This document shows positions 38,554 through 46,976 of a DNA stretch of 64,000 nucleotides, piece by piece. The stretch comes from Gemmatimonadaceae bacterium. GTDB taxonomy: Bacteria; Gemmatimonadota; Gemmatimonadetes; Gemmatimonadales; Gemmatimonadaceae. The position numbers were made by a program, and so were the translations under genes. How positions within the stretch are numbered: the first letter of the stretch is position 1; every line of letters begins with the position of its first letter. The DNA lies in the NCBI GenBank assembly GCA_041661925.1, contig JBAZTM010000008.1, forward strand, positions 1,128 to 65,127, written 5' to 3'. Under the pieces are notes generated by a model. The model did no database searches and was not told the origin of the DNA. It saw nothing but the letters and a program-made list of their open reading frames with translations.

Positions 38554-40443
38554 ATGAAGCGATTCCTCTACTTGTTCCAAGTCGAGCAGGATCTTCCGTC
38601 CGCGTTGGAGGCGGCAGCCGGTCCGGACAGCGACATTCGCTTCTTGTCCTGGCGCGCACGATCGGCGGATTCCCGGAGCATCTACTATCCATCCAGTTCC
38701 TGGACGCAGGGCCGGAACCGCCTGCTGAAGGAGGCGCTGCGACGCGATTACCTGTACGTCGTGTTTGGCGACGACGACATCACGCTTGAGTTGACGGAGC
38801 GTGGCGTCACGGCGGCCGGCCCGCAGGCGAATCCGTGGCGCGTCTTCGAGGATTTCCTGCTGACCTACGAACCCGCCGTCGGCTGCAGCATGTATTCCTG
38901 GCACCTGAGCGGCGGCGCGTACGATCCGACCCAGGACTGTCAGACGCTCCGCTTCTTCGACGCGATCCTCAACGCGTTCCACCGCGAGTCGCTTGAAGTC
39001 TTGCTCCCCTACTACGACCTCCTGGACGAGGAGACGGAGTGCTACTCCCAGAGCCTGCTCTGCAGTCTCGCCGCGGATCTGTATGCGGGACATGTGATGC
39101 AGACGAATCGCCTCATCGCCGCCAACGACAAGCGTCGCCGGACCGACCTGGCCTTCGTCCTATGCAAGCCGGAGCAGCTCTACCTGGAGTCGCTGCGTGA
39201 TGCCGAGTGGGCGCGGCGTTTTGCGCGCCAGGGCGTGGGCGACAGTGCCCGCTTTCCAACGATGGGACCACCCCGGAGGAAAACCGCATCGTTTGCGCGA
39301 ACGGACGAGGAACTGGCGCGGCACTACGACCTTTCACACCTGCTCTGGACGCGCCGGCGGGCGCTCCGCGCGCTTCCGGTCACCGATGAGTTCTACTCCG
39401 ACAGCGCGGACTCACCGCGCGCATTCCAGTGGCGCGCCGCCAGGCCACGGCCGGCGGCTCTCCCGGCGCCAGCCATCCAGTCCCGGTTCGCGCTGCCGCA
39501 CCCTTGGCGGCTGCCGGCGTGGACTCGCTCCTATTTGCAGAAACCCGCCGTCCGTGCCCATCCGCTGTTTCTGATTGCTCGGGATCTTTACCGTGGCCGT
39601 GGGCGGCCTCGTGCCATCGCCGAGGTGCTTGGCAGGATGAAGTCCCGACTCCCCGCGCGAGGTCTCTGGCGAAGGTGGTACCGAACAGCTGGGGCCATTC
39701 ACGAGATTCCCGAGGCTCGCCAGCAAGAGGTCCTGGAGCTTCTTGCGTTCGCGCTGAACGAGCTAGCTGATCCGAGCGTGGTGTTCGTGGATGTTGGTGC
39801 GGGGCGCGGCGACGTGCTGCATGCGCTCCGTTGCACGGATCTGCACAAGCGCCTCTTCGCACTCGGCATTGATCCCATCGACCTGCGTGGGCAGCCGAGT
39901 TACACCGGCTACGTGCAGGCCGCCATCACCGACGGCCCCGAGGGTCACGCGGAACTGTTCCGTTACGCCTCGAGCGACTGCAGCTCGCTGAAGCGCATGG
40001 ATCCGACGAAGGTCACGCACGACCCCGCGCTGGGAGGGGACCGCCTCTACTACACACCCACTCCCATCGAGCGTCTGGAGGAAATGGTCCGGGTGCCGAC
40101 CTTCCACCTCTCCACGATCATCCGGCAGTACGGGCTCGCGAACGACGTGCTGCATTTCGTGAAGATCGACGCGCAGGGGAGTGACCTGGACGTCTTTCGC
40201 AGCCTGGGCGAGATGAGCTCGCGGTGTCTGTTCCTCCGCATGGAAACCGTGTGTCACGAAGGAGAAGGACCGGCGCCCACCCTGTACGAAGGGCAGACGA
40301 CGTTCGCGGAAGACCGCGCGGCGCTCGAGGCGGCCGGATTCCGGCTCTTCAACATCGCGCGATTCGGTTCGACGCCGGAAGCGGACGTGACGTTCGTGAA
40401 CGTGCGGCTGTTTCGGGAGCTTCTCCCAGCCCTCGCCCGCTAG
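38554..40443 (+). CDS. Two-domain protein: uncharacterised N-terminal domain (paralogue of 31745..33421) plus an intact FkbM-type methyltransferase domain
   Basis: The N-terminus is as in the paralogue. The C-terminus has VFVDVGAGRGD ... FVKIDAQGSDLDVFRSLG. The start is set at MKRFLYLFQ (ATG 38554). Confidence 0.8.
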   Translation: MKRFLYLFQVEQDLPSALEAAAGPDSDIRFLSWRARSADSRSIYYPSSSWTQGRNRLLKEALRRDYLYVVFGDDDITLELTERGVTAAGPQANPWRVFEDFLLTYEPAVGCSMYSWHLSGGAYDPTQDCQTLRFFDAILNAFHRESLEVLLPYYDLLDEETECYSQSLLCSLAADLYAGHVMQTNRLIAANDKRRRTDLAFVLCKPEQLYLESLRDAEWARRFARQGVGDSARFPTMGPPRRKTASFARTDEELARHYDLSHLLWTRRRALRALPVTDEFYSDSADSPRAFQWRAARPRPAALPAPAIQSRFALPHPWRLPAWTRSYLQKPAVRAHPLFLIARDLYRGRGRPRAIAEVLGRMKSRLPARGLWRRWYRTAGAIHEIPEARQQEVLELLAFALNELADPSVVFVDVGAGRGDVLHALRCTDLHKRLFALGIDPIDLRGQPSYTGYVQAAITDGPEGHAELFRYASSDCSSLKRMDPTKVTHDPALGGDRLYYTPTPIERLEEMVRVPTFHLSTIIRQYGLANDVLHFVKIDAQGSDLDVFRSLGEMSSRCLFLRMETVCHEGEGPAPTLYEGQTTFAEDRAALEAAGFRLFNIARFGSTPEADVTFVNVRLFRELLPALAR

Positions 40444-41591
40444 GCGCTCCCGGTCTCCGGCTCCGGTCGCGCATCGGGCTCGTTGGGGTTTCCCCACGTC
40501 GAGTCGCCCGGGTGCCACAGGAAGGTGCGGACAAGGCCCGGCACGCACACCACCGGGATTCCCCTCCGGGCAGCCGAGGCGGGCGCACCGGTGGTGATCC
40601 AGGAGTCTTCGAGTGACGCCTCCCACCGGCGCTTCGGGGCGCCGAGGTACTCCGTGGGAATGGGGAGCACGCCCCGCCAGTAGTCCCGGTGCGCGTGAAG
40701 GTGGACGCCAGCGGTCTCGCGTTTGAGCAGCACGCGCAGTCCGCTGATCTCCCGCTCCTCTAGCACGGCGTGCTCGGCTGCATCGTAGCCTGTCAGCAAT
40801 GGGCGCAGGGCCGCGTCCTCCAACCGGTGCAGCGACTCGAGCAGATCGGCACGTACGTCCGCATCGTCCTGCACGCACGAGATCCACTGCATGTGCGAGT
40901 CAGCCAGCAGGTACGCGAGCCCCGCGTTCAGGGCCGCGCTGATCCCGCGGTTCGACGGGAGCCGGAGATACTCGGCGCCGTGCGCGCGGGTCACGCCCTG
41001 ATTGCGATGCGCCGCCGCGGTGCGGGATCCGTCGTCCACCACGAGCACGGGAGCCCCGAGTCGAACCAACTGCGGAAGCGATCGCTCCAGCGCCGCGGGG
41101 CGCTCGAAAGTGGTGACCAGAATCGCCCGGTCCTTCCAGGCGGGAACCTTGAGCGCCGGGAGGTCGTTCCCTGCATCCGTCGGCGCGAGGAGCGCATCGA
41201 GCCGAGCACGCATGCCCGGGTTGGCTTCGATGGCGGAGTCGCGACGAGATGTTCGAAAGAGGAGGTAGCGCCGGTTCTCCATCACGCGGAGGTAGTCATC
41301 GCGGAGGCCCCGAAGCAGCGCGGGGGGAAGTCCCGCCAGCGCCGCCTGCGGCACGATCACCCAAGGGAACGCGCGCACGGGGAGGTCGTCCGCCACGCCG
41401 CGCAACGGCATGAGACAACGAAGATAGGGTGCGAACTCATCGGGGCCCATGACGCGGACATCTCGCGGATCGCCATCGATGGAGTCGAGCACGGCCCGCA
41501 GGAGCCAGGCATCCATGAGGGGCCCCACGATCGTCGTGCGCCGGGCCGTCCGGGCCAAGTCCACGAAACGCCGGAAGAGCCCCTCGGTCAT
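40440..41591 (-). CDS. GT2 glycosyltransferase with an extra ~150-aa N-terminal domain
   Basis: ILVTTFERPAALERSL...VVDDGS...LPSNRGISAALNAG...QDD. Its stop shares the palindrome CTAG with the convergent gene. Confidence 0.8.
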   Translation of the reverse strand: MTEGLFRRFVDLARTARRTTIVGPLMDAWLLRAVLDSIDGDPRDVRVMGPDEFAPYLRCLMPLRGVADDLPVRAFPWVIVPQAALAGLPPALLRGLRDDYLRVMENRRYLLFRTSRRDSAIEANPGMRARLDALLAPTDAGNDLPALKVPAWKDRAILVTTFERPAALERSLPQLVRLGAPVLVVDDGSRTAAAHRNQGVTRAHGAEYLRLPSNRGISAALNAGLAYLLADSHMQWISCVQDDADVRADLLESLHRLEDAALRPLLTGYDAAEHAVLEEREISGLRVLLKRETAGVHLHAHRDYWRGVLPIPTEYLGAPKRRWEASLEDSWITTGAPASAARRGIPVVCVPGLVRTFLWHPGDSTWGNPNEPDARPEPETGSA

Positions 41592-41753
41592 GCCTGCACT
41601 CCTCCGCCTGTGACGGTCACCCGATCTGTGCGTACGCATGCGCGTCGCGTCCTCGGCAACCTATCCCGCGCCCTGCGGGGCCACAACGTCCGGCGCCGCC
41701 CGCGGCATGAACGGCGCGGCGAACGGACATCACGCGAAATCCCCTTCCAACGC

Positions 41754-41783
41754 TTGACGCTGCCAATGACGGGTGCCTACTGT
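41754..41783 (+). promoter_or_regulatory. Candidate sigma70-like promoter for the ABC exporter
   Basis: TTGACG, an 18-nt spacer, then TACTGT, about 125 nt upstream of ATG 41910. This is pattern match only. Confidence 0.25.
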
Positions 41784-41909
41784 GGATCTGCAGTCTGGCG
41801 GGATTCACGCCCCTCGTTCACCGTCGGCACGGCACCGCTGGTGCGCTGCAGCCAGTTTTGTTCGCCGAGTCCACCGCCGCCGAGTCCCGAGGGACGCCGT
41901 CACCATCCG

Positions 41910-43721
41910 ATGATCTCGACACTCAAGAAGTGCATCGGCATGGTCCCGCGCGAGCTTCGCACGGGGTGGCTCGGATTGCCATTCCTCGGCCTGCTTGCCG
42001 GGGCCCTGGAAGGTGGCCAGGCCGGCGCCATCTACCTCCTCATCCGCCTGATGGGTGAACCGCGCGCGATCTTCGAGTTCACCAAGTGGCCGGCGCTGCG
42101 ACGGGTGTTCGAGGGCGCGACCGACATCGGAATTATCCTGCGCTTCGCGGCGCTGCTGGCCGTCTACCACGTCGTGAAGAACCTCATCGTCATCGGCTCG
42201 CACTACCGTCGGCAGAACATCCTCGCCGGCACGAATGCCGCGCTCTCGAGCGCGTTGTTCCGCGGGTACCTGCTGGTGCCGCTCCCCTTTCACTTCCGCA
42301 GGCACTCGGCGGAACTGGTGCGCAACACCACGCACGCGGTGGCGGCCGCGGTGGCCGTCCTGGAGGCATTTGACGGTCTCATCCGCCGCGGCTTCACGGT
42401 GGTGAGCCTGACCGTCGTACTCATTGCCACCTCACCCACCGCGGCGCTCGGCTCGGGTGTCGCCCTGGCCCTGCTGGTCACCGGCCTGCTTCGCCTGACC
42501 CGGGCGATGGCCGAACGGGGCGGCAGCGCCCAGCATGAGTTGGGCCAGAGCCTTCAGCAGACGATACAGAACGCCCTCGGCGGCATCCGGGAAATCAAGG
42601 CGCTGGGACGCGAGCCTTACTTCTACAGGACCTTCTCCGATGTGCAGCGGCAGATTTTGGAGCTCGGGCACCTGAACGTGACACTGAGCGTGATTCCCCA
42701 GGTGATGTTCGAGACGGCCTTCGTGCTCGCCGCGCTGGTGGCGGCGGTGCTTCTGGCCACCCAACCCTCGGCCTCGACCACGGCGCTGCCGGTGATGGGC
42801 CTCCTCGGGTATGCCGGGTTTCGCATGATCGTCATGGCGAATCCCATCATCACGACGATCAACCAGATCCGGGCCGCGCGGGCGCCGGTGGATGCCCTGC
42901 ACGAGGATTTCCTCCTCATTCGTCGCGAGACGGCGTCCCTCGACATGGCCGGAGAGTCGCCCGTGACGCTGCGCTCCGAGATGGTGCTGGAGGGCGTGAG
43001 CTACAGCTATCCCGCCGCTTCCCGGCCGGCCCTGACCGACGCGTCGATGCGGCTGAAGGTGGGAGAGGCCATCGGTGTAGTGGGCCCCACGGGCGCCGGG
43101 AAGAGCACCCTCGTCGACCTGATCGTCGGGCTGCTCATTCCGGCGACGGGACGAGTGCTCGTTGACGGCGTGGATGTGACCCGGAACCCCATGCGCTGGC
43201 GGCAGAAGATTGGATACGTGCCGCAGTCGATTTTTCTCCTCGATGATACGCTGCGGCGGAACGTCGCCATGGGAATTCCGGACGACGAGATTGAGGAGCA
43301 GGCTGTGGTGCGGGCCATCCAGATGGCACAGCTCGACCGGCTGGTCGACGCCTGGCCGGAGGGACTGAGCACCGTCCTTGGCGAGCGCGGCATCCGCCTC
43401 TCTGGCGGGGAGCGGCAGCGCGTGGGGATCGCCCGGGCACTCTATCACGATCCCGACCTCCTGGTCTTCGACGAGGCCACGGCCGCGTTGGACGGCGTCA
43501 CGGAGGCCGAAGTCACCCGGTCCATCCACGCGCTCCGGGGACGGAAGTCCATGCTCGTCATCGCTCACCGCCTGAGCACGGTGCGGGCGTGCGACCGACT
43601 GCTGTACCTCGAAGACGGGCGGATCGTGGCGCAGGCGAGCTACGATGACCTGCTCGCCTCGAACGACCGTTTCCGACTCATGGCTGCCGCGTCGGGAGCG
43701 CAGCCGCACGTGGTGAGCTGA
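41910..43721 (+). CDS. ABC exporter, fused TMD-NBD (MsbA/PglK-like candidate lipid-linked glycan flippase)
   Basis: Six TM segments, Walker A GPTGAGKST, signature LSGGERQRVGIARAL and Walker B LLVFDEAT. The N-terminal 380 aa of ORF 40770 are antisense shadow. Confidence 0.9.
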   Translation: MISTLKKCIGMVPRELRTGWLGLPFLGLLAGALEGGQAGAIYLLIRLMGEPRAIFEFTKWPALRRVFEGATDIGIILRFAALLAVYHVVKNLIVIGSHYRRQNILAGTNAALSSALFRGYLLVPLPFHFRRHSAELVRNTTHAVAAAVAVLEAFDGLIRRGFTVVSLTVVLIATSPTAALGSGVALALLVTGLLRLTRAMAERGGSAQHELGQSLQQTIQNALGGIREIKALGREPYFYRTFSDVQRQILELGHLNVTLSVIPQVMFETAFVLAALVAAVLLATQPSASTTALPVMGLLGYAGFRMIVMANPIITTINQIRAARAPVDALHEDFLLIRRETASLDMAGESPVTLRSEMVLEGVSYSYPAASRPALTDASMRLKVGEAIGVVGPTGAGKSTLVDLIVGLLIPATGRVLVDGVDVTRNPMRWRQKIGYVPQSIFLLDDTLRRNVAMGIPDDEIEEQAVVRAIQMAQLDRLVDAWPEGLSTVLGERGIRLSGGERQRVGIARALYHDPDLLVFDEATAALDGVTEAEVTRSIHALRGRKSMLVIAHRLSTVRACDRLLYLEDGRIVAQASYDDLLASNDRFRLMAAASGAQPHVVS

Positions 43722-43762
43722 GTCCCCGTCCGTCCGCTGCATCACTCGCTTTCGAGAGGCCA

Positions 43763-44638
43763 ATGCGAGTCTCCGGATTCACCATCGCCCGACGGGCGGT
43801 CGCACTGGGTTATCCGCTCGCCGAGTCGCTGCGGTCGCTCCTGCCGCTCGTGGACCAGCTCGTCGTCAACGTGGGTGACGGCGACGACGGTACCTGGGAA
43901 ACGGTGCAGGCGCTCGCCGATCCACGAATCGTCGCCTTTCGCAGCACGTGGGACCTGTCCAAGCGCGACGGGTTGACGCTCTCCGAGGAGACCAACAAGG
44001 CGCTCGCCCGATGCGACGGCGACTGGGCGATTTACCTGCAAGCGGATGAGGTGTTGCACGAAGCGGAGGGGCCGGCCCTGCGGGCGGCGCTGCAGCGCCA
44101 CCTCCACTCGCGGGTCGAGGCGCTCAGCCTGCGCTACTACCATTTCTACGGATCGTATCGCACGTACAAGGACGATCCGAGGTGGTGGTATCCGAGGGCG
44201 ACCCGCATCGTCCGAACGGGCATGGACGTCCAGTCCGTCGGGGATGCCTGCGCGTTCATGCGCCGACACGACGGTGCTTGGCGGAAACCGAGGCGGCGTG
44301 ACCTCACGATGCACGTCTACCATTACGGCAGGGTCCGGCCGCCGGCACAGATGCTGCTCAAGCAGCGGAATCTCGAACGCCTGTACCACGACGAATCTTG
44401 GTTGGAGACGCACGGTCTCCCCGCCGACATGGATCTTGCGGCGATCTATGGTGATTCGCGCCACCTGCGCGTGTTTCACGGAACGCATCCCGCGGTCATG
44501 CACGACCGGGTTGCGTCCGTGGACTGGCCGGAGCCACCGCTCGTGGCCGGTCCGTGGCCGGAGTGGATGCGGCGCGGCTACGTGTATGGCGCGTGGGTGA
44601 TCGATCGCGGCGTGGCGGCGCTCCGGGCGCGGCAATGA
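43763..44638 (+). CDS. GT2-like glycosyltransferase
   Basis: VSGFTIARRAVALGYPLAESLRSLLPLVDQLVVNVGDGDDGT...YLQADEV. This is a GT-A fold with DxD-like motifs. Confidence 0.7.
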   Translation: MRVSGFTIARRAVALGYPLAESLRSLLPLVDQLVVNVGDGDDGTWETVQALADPRIVAFRSTWDLSKRDGLTLSEETNKALARCDGDWAIYLQADEVLHEAEGPALRAALQRHLHSRVEALSLRYYHFYGSYRTYKDDPRWWYPRATRIVRTGMDVQSVGDACAFMRRHDGAWRKPRRRDLTMHVYHYGRVRPPAQMLLKQRNLERLYHDESWLETHGLPADMDLAAIYGDSRHLRVFHGTHPAVMHDRVASVDWPEPPLVAGPWPEWMRRGYVYGAWVIDRGVAALRARQ

Positions 44639-44706
44639 CCGTGGGCCCGGTGAGCGCCTCGTCGCGCATCGCCTTTCTCCATCCGGATCTTGGTATCGGC
44701 GGCGCC
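44635..44706 (+). pseudogene. Remnant of an ALG2-like GT4 gene (first ~24 codons only)
   Basis: An ATG overlapping the GT2 stop (ATGA) opens [24 protein letters not shown]. This matches the Alg2 N-terminus ([21 protein letters not shown] as I recall it). The expected ERLVVDAA continuation is absent in every frame, and the MFS gene ends 53 nt further on. Confidence 0.55.
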
Positions 44707-44758
44707 GGCGCCGCGGCCGTAACGACTACCGCGAAGTGTAAAGGGCGCGAAGGGGCAG

Positions 44759-45964
44759 TTAGCTCTTGTCCGTCCGCCACTCCCGCGCTACCGGCGCCAG
44801 CACCACTCCGGCGGCTACGCCGAGCACGATCACCAGCGTGCCGACACCGATGAAGATGGCGTCGTACGCTGGCACGCCTGATGCACGCCGCGTCACCTCC
44901 ACGGCAATGCCGCCGGCGATAGGGCCGGCGAGGAAGCCGAAGCTCCCCGCCACCTGGAACGCGCCGAACAGTCCCTCGCCGGCGCCGCGCCGCGCGAATT
45001 CCGAGACGAGCAGCAGGTTGGGCGCGAACATCAGCGCGCTCGTCAGTCCCGACAACACCATCGACACGGGTAGCATGGCGTGCGGCACGACGCCGTACGT
45101 GGCATAGATCACCCCGAAGGCGATGGTGCCCGCGATAATCGGCACGTACCAGCCGACGCGATCGGCGAGGCGCCCCACAGGCCAGCACAGGATGGCGAAC
45201 GGCAGCATGAAGAGCGCCATCAGCATGCCGCGCTCCGATGGCGTGACCTTCAGGACCTCACCGAGGTAGAGCGTGAAAGTCGACACGAAGACGCCGATGG
45301 TGAACCGGTCCATGAAGCCGAACGCGAGCGGCATCCACGTGGCCAGCGAGCCGTGCTTCCATTCATAGCGGTGCCCGCCACCGACGTTCGCGTCGGCGGG
45401 GAGCGGCGGAATGCGCAGCGACGCGAGCGCGGCCACGGTCAGGAGCGCCGCCCCCGTGAGGTACACGGCCGAGGGCCCGCGTTCCACGAGCCAGCCGCCG
45501 AGCGGCGAGCCGATGGCCACGCCCATCATCAGGGACATGGCGACGAGCCCAAGCGTCGCACCGCGCTTCTCGCCGGCGAGGCGGTTGGCGGCCACCATGA
45601 GGAGCGTCACGGCGGGGAGATGCGCAACGCCATCGAGTGCGCGCCAGGCGAGCAGGGTCGGAACCGACTGGGCCGCATTCATGCCGAGGAACGCGACGGC
45701 ATCAATCAGCAGCGAGCCGACCAGCCAGAGGCGCAGGTTCGGCAGACGGCGGAAGAGCACCATCGCGATGGGCACGCCAATGATGCCCGTGGCCATGTTG
45801 ATGGCCGTGAAGGCGTGCGCGTCGGCGCGCGTGCCGCCGACATGCACGATGACCAGCTCGTGGAGCCCCGCGACGACCAGCGTCAGCGGGACGAGCGTCA
45901 GGAACGTGGCGAGCGCGATGGCTCGGCGGGCGGCAAGGGCTTGGGGGGTGAACACCTGCGACAT
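44759..45964 (-). CDS. MFS transporter
   Basis: 401 aa with 12 TM segments. The start (MSQVFTPQALAARR) overlaps the upstream stop by 1 nt. The 812-aa track ORF is an artefactual upstream extension. Confidence 0.85.
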   Translation of the reverse strand: MSQVFTPQALAARRAIALATFLTLVPLTLVVAGLHELVIVHVGGTRADAHAFTAINMATGIIGVPIAMVLFRRLPNLRLWLVGSLLIDAVAFLGMNAAQSVPTLLAWRALDGVAHLPAVTLLMVAANRLAGEKRGATLGLVAMSLMMGVAIGSPLGGWLVERGPSAVYLTGAALLTVAALASLRIPPLPADANVGGGHRYEWKHGSLATWMPLAFGFMDRFTIGVFVSTFTLYLGEVLKVTPSERGMLMALFMLPFAILCWPVGRLADRVGWYVPIIAGTIAFGVIYATYGVVPHAMLPVSMVLSGLTSALMFAPNLLLVSEFARRGAGEGLFGAFQVAGSFGFLAGPIAGGIAVEVTRRASGVPAYDAIFIGVGTLVIVLGVAAGVVLAPVAREWRTDKS

Positions 45965-46785
45965 CAACGGAAGCCGTCCTCGTAGAGTTCCGCGAGCTTG
46001 CGGAGGGTGGTCGTGAAGTCGCCGGTGCGGTCGGCCACTGCCAGGGCGCCAATCATGTCGGCCGACATGTGCGGTGCGCCCGAAAACGTCTCCTGCAACG
46101 TCCCCGCGGCCAGCCTGTGCTCGTCCATCGCGTTCACGAACGCCGACAGCTGCGGGTCCGCGGCGGCCTCGGCGGCCAGCCGGATGGCGCGCGGCAGGGG
46201 CAGGCCCGCCTCGACGCCCGTGGCGAGAGCGCGCGCGAATCGGGCGCGCACCATCGGCGGCTTGGCACCGTAGCGCTGGGCCACCGCCACGAGGAACGAG
46301 CCGCCCGACGTGACCCACGCGATGCATCCGGTGGCGACGAAGGCGATGTAGGCGCCGGTCTGCCCGAAATAGAGCAGGGGGAACGGCGCGATGAAGACCA
46401 TGCAGATCGCCGTGAACATGGGATACGCCATTTGCTTCTTGATCCAGAGGATCAGCCGGTGCTTGGCGTGATAGAAGTCGGCGAGCAGCTGCAGCGACTC
46501 CTCGAAGGTACCGGTCTCTTCGCCGAGGACGAGGATCGCGCGCTCCATCGGCTCGAAGCGCTTGCCGCCCGTGCGCACGAGATACGTGACCCGCTGGCCG
46601 CGGCGCGCCCCGTCGAGGAGCCACTCGCGCATCTCCTCGACGTGCGGTGCGTGGCGCGCGCCGATGGTCTTGAGCGCCTTCTCGTTGGTGAACCCGGCAT
46701 GCACCGCCGTGCGCCACATGCGATAGAACTCGGCACGGTGACGGCCGTCGTCGAGGGCGCGATAAGCGGAGAGAAAACTCGGCAC
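45964..46785 (-). CDS. GspF/PilC-like (T2SSF domain) membrane protein, compact and orphan
   Basis: Two T2SSF-type helical bundles (FEPMERAILVLGEETGTFEESLQLLADFY and MSADMIGALAVADRTGDFTTTLRKLAELYE) flank TM helices. The start is uncertain (GTG 46785). Confidence 0.65.
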   Translation of the reverse strand: MPSFLSAYRALDDGRHRAEFYRMWRTAVHAGFTNEKALKTIGARHAPHVEEMREWLLDGARRGQRVTYLVRTGGKRFEPMERAILVLGEETGTFEESLQLLADFYHAKHRLILWIKKQMAYPMFTAICMVFIAPFPLLYFGQTGAYIAFVATGCIAWVTSGGSFLVAVAQRYGAKPPMVRARFARALATGVEAGLPLPRAIRLAAEAAADPQLSAFVNAMDEHRLAAGTLQETFSGAPHMSADMIGALAVADRTGDFTTTLRKLAELYEDGFR

Positions 46786-46800
46786 GGACGGAAGATATAG

Positions 46801-46970
46801 CGGAGGGAGGGGGAGGGGTGCAGGGGTTTGGGAGGGGTGAAGAGTGGAGTGCGGGGAGAGGAGGGAGGAGGCGGGCGGCCTTAGTGGCCGGTACATTCCC
46901 CCTCGTCCCCCGAACCTCCTCTCTCCACTCGACACTCCTTCCAAGCCGCTGCACTCCTCCTCGTCCTTCG
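46801..46970. repeat. Composite inverted repeat: type-1 unit (46801-46872, G-rich) facing an inverted type-2 unit (46898-46970, C-rich)
   Basis: The left arm aligns with 17288-17353. The reverse complement of the right arm aligns with 48476-48545 (core GAGGAGTRCAGCGGCTTRG...GAGTGGAGAGA...GGGGGA.GAGG). A central mini-hairpin is GGCC-TTAGT-GGCC. Confidence 0.8.
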
Positions 46971-46976
46971 CGCATC

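Noticed and set aside
40770-41909. N-terminal 380 aa of the 983-aa ORF 40770..43721.
   Set aside because: This stretch is antisense to the GT2 gene 40440..41591 and is compositionally aberrant. The ABC exporter begins at MISTLKK (41910), with a normal TMD-NBD length.
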